From NCBI GenBank assembly GCA_040954595.2, contig CM082577.2, positions 20,434,303 through 20,498,302 of the forward strand: 64,000 bases of DNA. The letters run 5' to 3'. Made by a program: the position numbers and the translations under genes. The stretch comes from Balanoglossus misakiensis. Lineage: Eukaryota > Animalia > Hemichordata. Of the stretch, positions 1 through 9,600 are shown in pieces (positions within the stretch are counted from its first letter, which is position 1; each line of letters starts with the position of its first letter). The notes below the pieces were generated by a model. It saw only the letters and a program-made list of their open reading frames with translations. It did no database searches and was not told the DNA's origin.

Positions 1-136
1 AAGTGGGATAAAAAAATATGGTTTGTTTTTTTCTGCAAAAAGTGTTTTTAGAATTCAGGCACTTTCAGAAAAGGAAGAAACGGACACTTGGACAAAAATG
101 TTATCCATCAGGCTACTCTTTAATGGAAAAGTTGGG

Positions 137-142
137 AAAAAA
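137..142 (-). terminator. Pol III oligo-T terminator following ...GGCTT-CA; run length varies between units
   Basis: The plus-strand A-run lies just past the gene 3' end, typically 6-9 A. Further T4/T5 runs downstream could act as backup terminators. Confidence 0.9.
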
Positions 143-144
143 TG

Positions 145-264
145 AAGCCTACAGCACGTAATATTCCCAGGCGGTCTCCCATCCAAGTACTAACTACGCC
201 CAACGCAGGTTTGCTTCGGTGATCAGACGAGAACCGGCTTATTCTACGTGGTATGGCCGTAGGC
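145..264 (-). rRNA. 5S rRNA, first complete copy (C104U variant, G71-U104 wobble)
   Basis: Reverse complement reads GCCTACGGCCATACCAC...TTAGTACTTGGATGGGAGACCGCCTGGGAATA...GTGCTGTAGGCTT, 120 nt, with the hallmark eukaryotic 5S motifs. Confidence 0.98.
168..215 (-). promoter_or_regulatory. Pol III type-1 internal control region (A box +50-64, intermediate element +67-72, C box +80-97); present in every intact unit
   Basis: Assigned by position from the Xenopus ICR model. The C box TGGATGGGAGACCGCCTG is canonical; the A box reads AGCAAACCTGCGTTG. Confidence 0.85.
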
Positions 265-288
265 GAAAGATGGTTGAATTTCTCCTAC

Positions 289-294
289 TATAAA
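289..294 (-). promoter_or_regulatory. Upstream TATA-like element (TTTATA) at -30..-25 of the 5S gene; repeated in each unit
   Basis: Plus-strand tataaa lies 25-30 nt from +1 (position 264). This matches the known position of TATA-like motifs upstream of metazoan 5S genes, and C at -1 is also present. Confidence 0.75.
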
Positions 295-1278
295 CCTGAA
301 TCCTACACCATTAAACACATAGCCCGACTTGGCTAATTTTGTGGGTAACCGATCGACCTTCCATAGCTTATAAGGCAAGTGGGATAAAAAAATATGGTTG
401 CTTTGTTCTGCAAAAAGTGGTTTTAGAATTCAGGCACTTTCAGAAAAGGAAGAAACGTACACTTGCGACAAAAATGTTATCCATCAGGCTACTCTTTAAT
501 GGAAAAGTTGGATAAAAAAATGAAGCCTACAGCACGTAGTATTCCCAGGCGGTCTCCCATCCAAGTACTAACTACGCCCAACGCAGGTTTGCTTCGGTGA
601 TCAGACGAGAACCGGCTTATTCTACGTGATATGGCCGTAGGCGAAAGATGGTTGAATTTCTCCTACTATAAACCTGAATCCTACACCATTGAACACATAG
701 CCCGACTTGGCTAATTTTGTGGGTAACCGATCGACCTTCCATAGCTTATAAGGCAAGTGGGATCAAAAAATATGGTTGCTTTGTTCTGCAAAAAGTGGTT
801 TTAGAATTCAGGCACTTTCAGAAAAGGAAGAAACGTACACTTGCGACAAAAATGTTATCCATCAGGCTACTCTTTAATGGAAAAGTTGGATAAAAAAATG
901 AAGCCTACAGCACGTAGTATTCCCAGGCGGTCTCCCATCCAAGTACTAACTACGCCCAACGCAGGTTTGCTTCGGTGATCAGACGAGAACCGGCTTATTC
1001 TACGTGATATGGCCGAAGGCGAAAGATGGTTGAATTTCTCCTACTATAAACCTGAATCCTACACCATTGAACACATAGCCCGACTTGGCTAATTTTGTGG
1101 GTAACCGATCGACCTTCCATAGCTTATAAGGCAAGTGGGATCAAAAAATATGGTTGCTTTGTTCTGCAAAAAGTGGTTTTAGAATTCAGGCACTTTCAGA
1201 AAAGGAAGAAACGTACACTTGCAACAAAAATGTTATCCATCAGGCTACTCTTTAATGGAAAAGTTGGATAAAAAAATG

Positions 1279-1398
1279 AAGCCTACAGCACGTAGTATTC
1301 CCAGGCGGTCTCCCATCCAAGTACTAACTACGCCCAACGCAGGTTTGCTTCGGTGATCAGACGAGAACCGGCTTATTCTACGTGGTATGGCCGTAGGC
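1279..1398 (-). rRNA. 5S rRNA, representative consensus copy (most copies in the array are identical to it)
   Basis: Folds canonically by hand: helix I 1-9/110-118; helix II CCACGUAG(14-21)/CUGCGU-U-GG(57-65); helix III GC-CGGU(27-32)/ACCG-AA-GC(45-52); CGUAG(67-71)/CUACG(104-108); GAGA tetraloop. Confidence 0.98.
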
Positions 1399-4300
1399 GA
1401 AAGATGGTTGAATTTCTCCTACTATAAACCTGAATCCTACACCATTAAACACATAGCCCGACTTGGCTAATTTTGTGGGTAACCGATCGACCTTCCATAG
1501 CTTATAAGGCAAGTGGGATCAAAACATATGGTTTGTTTTGTTCTGCAAAAAGTGTTTTTAGAATTCAGGCACTTTCAGAAAAGGAAGAAACGGACACTTG
1601 GACAAAAATGTTATCCATCAGGCTACTCTTTAATGGAAAAGTTGGAAAATAAAATGAAGCCTACAGCACGTAGTATTCCCAGGCGGTCTCCCATCCAAGT
1701 ACTAACTACGCCCAACGCAGGTTTGCTTCGGTGATCAGACGAGAACCGGCTTATTCTACGTGGTATGGCCGTAGGCGAAAGATGGTTGAATTTCTCCTAC
1801 TATAAACCTGAATCCTACACCATTGAACACATAGCCCGACTTGGCTAATTTTGTGGGTAACCGATCGACCTTGCATAGCTTATAAGGCAAGTGGGATAAA
1901 AAAATATGGTTTGTTTTTTTCTGCAAAAAGTGTTTTTAGAATTCAGGCACTTTCAGAAAAGGAAGAAACGGACACTTGGACAAAAATGTTATCCATCAGG
2001 CTACTCTTTAATGGAAAAGTTGGGAAAAAATGAAGCCTACAGCACGTAATATTCCCAGGCGGTCTCCCATCCAAGTACTAACTACGCCCAACGCAGGTTT
2101 GCTTCGGTGATCAGACGAGAACCGGCTTATTCTACGTGGTATGGCCGTAGGCGAAAGATGGTTGAATTTCTCCTACTATAAACCTGAATCCTACACCATT
2201 GAACACATAGCCCGACTTGGCTAATTTTGTGGGTAACCGATCGACCTTCCATAGCTTATAAGGCAAGTGGGATAAAAAAATATGGTTTGTTTTTTTCTGC
2301 AAAAAGTGTTTTTAGAATTCAGGCACTTTCAGAAAAGGAAGAAACGGACACTTGGACAAAAATGTTATCCATCAGGCTACTCTTTAATGGAAAAGTTGGG
2401 AAAAAATGAAGCCTACAGCACGTAATATTCCCAGGCGGTCTCCCATCCAAGTACTAACTACGCCCAACGCAGGTTTGCTTCGGTGATCAGACGAGAACCG
2501 GCTTATTCTACGTGGTATGGCCGTAGGCGAAAGATGGTTGAATTTCTCCTACTATAAACCTGAATCCTACACCATTAAACACATAGCCCGACTTGGCTAA
2601 TTTTGTGGGTAACCGATCGACCTTCCATAGCTTATAAGGCAAGTGGGATAAAAAAATATGGTTGCTTTGTTCTGCAAAAAGTGGTTTTAGAATTCAGGCA
2701 CTTTCAGAAAAGGAAGAAACGTACACTTGCGACAAAAATGTTATCCATCAGGCTACTCTTTAATGGAAAAGTTGGATAAAAAAATGAAGCCTACAGCACG
2801 TAGTATTCCCAGGCGGTCTCCCATCCAAGTACTAACTACGCCCAACGCAGGTTTGCTTCGGTGATCAGACGAGAACCGGCTTATTCTACGTGATATGGCC
2901 GTAGGCGAAAGATGGTTGAATTTCTCCTACTATAAACCTGAATCCTACACCATTGAACACATAGCCCGACTTGGCTAATTTTGTGGGTAACCGATCGACC
3001 TTCCATAGCTTATAAGGCAAGTGGGATCAAAAAATATGGTTGCTTTGTTCTGCAAAAAGTGGTTTTAGAATTCAGGCACTTTCAGAAAAGGAAGAAACGT
3101 ACACTTGCGACAAAAATGTTATCCATCAGGCTACTCTTTAATGGAAAAGTTGGATAAAAAAATGAAGCCTACAGCACGTAGTATTCCCAGGCGGTCTCCC
3201 ATCCAAGTACTAACTACGCCCAACGCAGGTTTGCTTCGGTGATCAGACGAGAACCGGCTTATTCTACGTGATATGGCCGAAGGCGAAAGATGGTTGAATT
3301 TCTCCTACTATAAACCTGAATCCTACACCATTGAACACATAGCCCGACTTGGCTAATTTTGTGGGTAACCGATCGACCTTCCATAGCTTATAAGGCAAGT
3401 GGGATCAAAAAATATGGTTGCTTTGTTCTGCAAAAAGTGGTTTTAGAATTCAGGCACTTACAGAAAAGGAAGAAACGTACACTTGCGACAAAAATGTTAT
3501 CCATCAGGCTACTCTTTAATGGAAAAGTTGGATAAAAAAATGAAGCCTACAGCACGTAGTATTCCCAGGCGGTCTCCCATCCAAGTACTAACTACGCCCA
3601 ACGCAGGTTTGCTTCGGTGATCAGACGAGAACCGGCTTATTCTACGTGGTATGGCCGTAGGCGAAAGATGGTTGAATTTCTCCTACTATAAACCTGAATC
3701 CTACACCATTAAACACATAGCCCGACTTGGCTAATTTTGTGGGTAACCGATCGACCTTCCATAGCTTATAAGGCAAGTGGGATCAAAACATATGGTTTGT
3801 TTTGTTCTGCAAAAAGTGTTTTTAGAATTCAGGCACTTTCAGAAAAGGAAGAAACGGACACTTGCGACAAAATGTTATCCATCAGGCTACTCTTTAATGG
3901 AAAAGTTGGAAAATAAAATGAAGCCTACAGCACGTAGTATTCCCAGGCGGTCTCCCATCCAAGTACTAACTACGCCCAACGCAGGTTTGCTTCGGTGATC
4001 AGACGAGAACCGGCTTATTGTACGTGGTATGGCCGTAGGCGAAAGATGGTTGAATTTCTCCTACTATAAACCTGAATCCTACACCATTGAACACATAGCC
4101 CGACTTGGCTAATTTTGTGGGTAACCGATCGACCTTCCATAGCTTATAAGGCAAGTGGGATCAAAAAATATGGTTGCTTTGTTCTGCAAAAAGTGGTTTT
4201 AGAATTCAGGCACTTTCAGAAAAGGAAGAAACGTACACTTGCGACAAAAATGTTATCCATCAGGCTACTCTTTAATGGAAAAGTTGGATAAAAAAATGAA

Positions 4301-6569
4301 GCCTACAGCACGTAGTATTCCCAGGCGGTCTCCCATCCAAGTACTAACTACGCCCAACGCAGGTTTGCTTCGGTGATCAGACGAGAACCGGCTTATTCTA
4401 CGTGGTATGGCCGTAGGCGAAAGATGGTTGAATTTCTCCTACTATAAACCTGAATCCTACACCATTGAACACATAGCCCGACTTGGCTAATTTTGTGGGT
4501 AACCGATCGACCTTCCATAGCTTATAAGGCAAGTGGGATCAAAACATATGGTTTGTTTTGTTCTGCAAAAAGTGTTTTTAGAATTCAGGCACTTTCAGAA
4601 AAGGAAGAAACGGACACTTGCGACAAAAATGTTATCCATCAGGCTACTCTTTAATGGAAAAGTTGGAAAATAAAATGAAGCCTACAGCACGTAGTATTCC
4701 CAGGCGGTCTCCCATCCAAGTACTAACTACGCCCAACGCAGGTTTGCTTCGGTGATCAGACGAGAACCGGCTTATTCTACGTGGTATGGCCGTAGGCGAA
4801 AGATGGTTGAATTTCTCCTACTATAAACCTGAATCCTACACCATTGAACACATAGCCCGACTTGGCTAATTTTGTGGGTAACCGATCGACCTTCCATAGC
4901 TTATAAGGCAAGTGGGATCAAAAAATATGGTTGCTTTGTTCTGCAAAAAGTGGTTTTAGAATTCAGGCACTTTCAGAAAAGGAAGAAACGTACACTTGCG
5001 ACAAAAATGTTATCCATCAGGCTACTCTTTAATGGAAAAGTTGGATAAAAAAATGAAGCCTACAGCACGTAGTATTCCCAGGCGGTCTCCCATCCAAGTA
5101 CTAACTACGCCCAACGCAGGTTTGCTTCGGTGATCAGACGAGAACCGGCTTATTCTACGTGGTATGGCCGTAGGCGAAAGATGGTTGAATTTCTCCTACT
5201 ATAAACCTGAATCCTACACCATTGAACACATAGCCCGACTTGGCTAATTTTGTGGGTAACCGATCGACCTTCCATAGCTTATAAGGCAAGTGGGATCAAA
5301 ACATATGGTTTGTTTTGTTCTGCAAAAAGTGTTTTTAGAATTCAGGCACTTTCAGAAAAGGAAGAAACGGACACTTGCGACAAAAATGTTATCCATCAGG
5401 CTACTCTTTAGTGGAAAAGTTGGAAAATAAAATGAAGCCTACAGCACGTAGTATTCCCAGGCGGTCTCCCATCCAAGTACTAACTACGCCCAACGCAGGT
5501 TTGCTTCGGTGATCAGACGAGAACCGGCTTATTCTACGTGGTATGGCCGTAGGCGAAAGATGGTTGAATTTCTCCTACTATAAACCTGAATCCTACACCA
5601 TTGAACACATAGCCCGACTTGGCTAATTTTGTGGGTAACCGATCGACCTTCCATAGCTTATAAGGCAAGTGGGATCAAAAAATATGGTTGCTTTGTTCTG
5701 CAAAAAGTGTTTTTAGAATTCAGGCACTTTCAGAAAAGGAAGAAACGTACACTTGCGACAAAAATGTTATCCATCAGGCTACTCTTTAATGGAAAAGTTG
5801 GATAAAAAAATGAAGCCTACAGCACGTAGTATTCCCAGGCGGTCTCCCATCCAAGTACTAACTACGCCCAACGCAGGTTTGCTTCGGTGATCAGACGAGA
5901 ACCGGCTTATTCTACGTGGTATGGCCGTAGGCGAAAGATGGTTGAATTTCTCCTACTATAAACCTGAATCCTACACCATTGAACACATAGCCCGACTTGG
6001 CTAATTTTGTGGGTAACCGATCGACCTTCCATAGCTTATAAGGCAAGTGGGATCAAAACATATGGTTTGTTTTGTTCTGCAAAAAGTGTTTTTAGAATTC
6101 AGGCACTTTCAGAAAAGGAAGAAACGGACACTTGCGACAAAATGTTATCCATCAGGCTACTCTTTAATGGAAAAGTTGGAAAATAAAATGAAGCCTACAG
6201 CACGTAGTATTCCCAGGCGGTCTCCCATCCAAGTACTAACTACGCCCAACGCAGGTTTGCTTCGGTGATCAGACGAGAACCGGCTTATTCTACGTGGTAT
6301 GGCCGTAGGCGAAAGATGGTTGAATTTCTCCTACTATAAACCTGAATCCTACACCATTGAACACATAGCCCGACTTGGCTAATTTTGTGGGTAACCGATC
6401 GACCTTCCATAGCTTATAAGGCAAGTGGGATAAAAAAATATGGTTTGTTTTGTTCTGCAAAAAGTGTTTTTAGAATTCAGGCACTTTCAGAAAAGGAAGA
6501 AACGGACACTTGCGACAAAAATGTTATCCATCAGGCTACTCTTTAATGGAAAAGTTGGGGAAAAAAATG

Positions 6570-6620
6570 AAGCCTACAGCACGTAGTATTCCCAGGCGGT
6601 CTCCCATCCCATCTACTACA
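6570..6620 (-). pseudogene. 5S pseudogene: only nt 81-120 retained, followed by an 11-nt filler; the 5' part and upstream promoter region are deleted
   Basis: Sequence reads ...ctcccatcc|catctactaca|ccatagcttataagg; about 176 bp of the normal unit is missing. Confidence 0.95.
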
Positions 6621-9600
6621 CCATAGCTTATAAGGCAAGTGGGATAAAAAATATGGTTTGTTTTGTTCTGCAAAAAGTGTTTTTAGAATTCAGGCACTTT
6701 CAGAAAAGGAAGAAACGGACACTTGCGACAAAATGTTATCCATCAGGCTACTCTTTAATCGAAAAGTTGGAAAATAAATTTAAGCCTACAGCACGTAGTA
6801 TTCCCAGGCGGTCTCCCATCCAAGTACTAACTACGCCCAACGCAGGTTTGCTTCGGTGATCAGACGAGAACCGGCTTATTCTACGTGGTATGGCCGTAGG
6901 CGAAAGATGGTTGAATTTCTCCTACTATAAACCTGAATCCTACACCATTGAACACATAGCCCGACTTGGCTAATTTTGTGGGTAACCGATCGACCTTCCA
7001 TAGCTTATAAGGCAAGTGGGATAAAAAAAATATGGTTTGTTTTGTTCTGCAAAAAGTGTTTTTAGAATTCAAGCACTTTCAGAAAAGGAAGAAACGGACA
7101 CTTGCGACAAAAATGTTATCCATCAGGCTACTCTTTAATGGAAAAGTTGGGAAAAAAATGAAGCCTACAGCTCGTAGTATTCCCAGGCTGTCTCCCATCC
7201 AAGTACTAACTACGCCCAACGCAGGTTTGCTTCGGTGATCAGACGAGAACCGGCTTATTCTACGTGGTATGGCCGTAGGCGAAAAATGGTTGAATTTCTC
7301 CTACTATAAACCTGAATCCTACACCATTGAACACATAGCCCGACTTGGCTAATTTTTGTGGGTAACCGATCGACCTTCCATAGCTTATAAGGCAAGTGGG
7401 ATAAAAAAATATGGTTTGTTTTGTTCTGCAAAAAGTGTTTTTAGAATTCAGGCACTTTCAGAAAAGGAAGAAACGGACACTTGCGACAAAAATGTTATCC
7501 ATCAGGCTACTCTTTAATGGAAAAGTTGGGGAAAAAAATGAAGCCTACAGCACGTAGTATTCCCAGGGGGTCTCCCATCCAAGTACTAACTACGCCCAAC
7601 GCAGGTTTGCTTCGGTGATCAGACGAGAACCGGCTTATTCTACGTGGTATGGCCGTAGGCGAAAGATGGTTGATTTTCTCCTACTATAAACCTGAATCCT
7701 ACACCATTGAACATATAGCCCGACTTGGCTAATTTTTGTGGGTAACCGATCGACCTTCCATAGCTTATAAGGCAAGTGGGATCAAAACATATGGTTTGTT
7801 TTGTTCTGCAAAAAGTGTTTTTAGAATTCAGGCACTTTCAGAAAAGGAAGAAACGGACACTTGCGACAAAAATGTTATCCATCAGGCTACTCTTTAATGG
7901 AAAAGTTGGAAAAAAAATGAAGCCTACAGCACGTAGTATTCCCAGGCGGTCTCCCATCCAAGTACTAACTACGCCCAACGCAGGTTTGCTTCGGTGATCA
8001 GACGAGAACCGGCTTATTCTACGTGGTATGGCCGTAGGCGAAAGATGGTTGAATTTCTCCTACTATAAACCTGAATCCTACACCATTGAACACATAGCCC
8101 GACTTGGCTAATTTTTGTGGGTAACCGATCGACCTTCCATAGCTTATAAGGCAAGTGGGATAAAAAAATATGGTTTGTTTTGTTCTGCAAAAAGTGTTTT
8201 TAGAATTCAGGCACTTTCAGAAAAGGAAGAAACGGACACTTGCGACAAAAATGTTATCCATCAGGCTACTCTTTAATGGAAAAGTTGGGGAAAAAAATGA
8301 AGCCTACAGCACGTAGTATTCCCAGGCGGTCTCCCATCCAAGTACTAACTACGCCCAACGCAGGTTTGCTTCGGTGATCAGACGAGAACCGGCTTATTCT
8401 ACGTGGTATGGCCGTAGGCGAAAGATGGTTGAATTTCTCCTACTATAAACCTGAATCCTACTCCATTGAACACATAGCCCGACTTGGCTAATTTTGTGGG
8501 TAACCGATCGACCTTCCATAGCTTATAAGGCTAGTGGGATAAAAAAATATGGTTTGTTTTGTTCTGCAAAAAGTGTTTTTAGAATTCAGGCACTTTCAGA
8601 AAAGGAAGAAACGGACACTTGCGACAAAAATGTTATCCATCAGGCTACTCTTTAATGGAAAAGTTGGAAAAAAATGAAGCCTACAGCACGTAGTATTCGC
8701 AGGCGGTCTCCCATCCAAGTACTAACTACGCCCAACGCAGGTTTGCTTCGGTGATCAGACGAGAACCGGCTTATTCTACATGGTATGGCCGTAGGCGAAA
8801 GATGGTTGAATTTCTCCTACTATAAACCTGAATCCTACACCATTGAACACATAGCCCAACTTGGCTAATTTTTGTGGGTAACCGATCGACCTTCCATAGC
8901 TTATAAGGCAAGTGGGATAAAAAAATATGGTTTGTTTTGTTCTGCAAAAAGTGTTTTTAGAATTCAGGCACTTTCAGAAAAGGAAGAAACGGACACTTGC
9001 GACAAAAATGTTATCCATCAGGCTACTCTTTAATGGAAAAGTTGGAAAAAAAATGAAGCCTACAGCACGTAGTATTCCCAGGCGGTCTCCCATCCAAGTA
9101 CTAACTACGCCCAACGCAGGTTTGCTTCGGTGATCAGACGAGAACCGGCTTATTCTACGTGGTATGGCCGTAGGCGAAAGATGGTTGAATTTCTCCTACT
9201 ATAAACCTGAATCCTACACCATTGAACACATAGCCCGACTTGGCTAATTTTGTGGGTAACCGATCGACCTTCCATAGCTTATAAGGCAAGTGGGATAAAA
9301 AAATATGGTTTGTTTTGTTCTGCAAAAAGTGTTTTTAGAATTCAGGCACTTTCAGAAAAGGAAGAAACGGACACTTGCGACAAAAATGTTATCCATCAGG
9401 CTACTCTTTAATGGAAAAGTTGGAAAAAAATGAAGCCTACAGCACGTAGTATTCCCAGGCGGTCTCCCATCCAAGTACTAACTACGCCCAACGCAGGTTT
9501 GCTTCGGTGATCAGACGAGAACCGGCTTATTCTACGTGGTATGGCCGTAGGCGAAAGATGGTTGAATTTCTCCTACTATAAACCTGAATCCTACACCATG

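Larger units (their letters stand above)
1..6310. repeat. Distinct spacer subfamily arranged as a 6-unit (about 2264 bp) and then a 2-unit (about 757 bp) higher-order repeat
   Basis: Diagnostic spacer variants give the unit order Z X X X Y Z Z X X X Y X Y X Y X Y; matching ORF-track starts at 1513 and 3777 are 2264 bp apart. Confidence 0.8.

Noticed and set aside
145-264. Assignment to a species or phylum
   Set aside because: The sequence looks like a non-vertebrate animal 5S, but I cannot place it more narrowly without a database search.
272-293. GGTTGAATTT resembling the start of nematode SL1 (GGTTTAATTACCC...)
   Set aside because: The similarity ends after about 9 nt, no splice donor follows, and it lies within the 5S upstream promoter region.
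265-522. tRNA, U snRNA or histone gene linked in the spacer
   Set aside because: I could not recognise a cloverleaf, B box, U1/U2/U5/U6 signature or coding sequence on either strand.
7021-7030. Single-base length differences in A/T runs treated as individual biological variants
   Set aside because: Homopolymer lengths are error-prone in long-read assemblies, so I used them only where they co-occur with substitutions.
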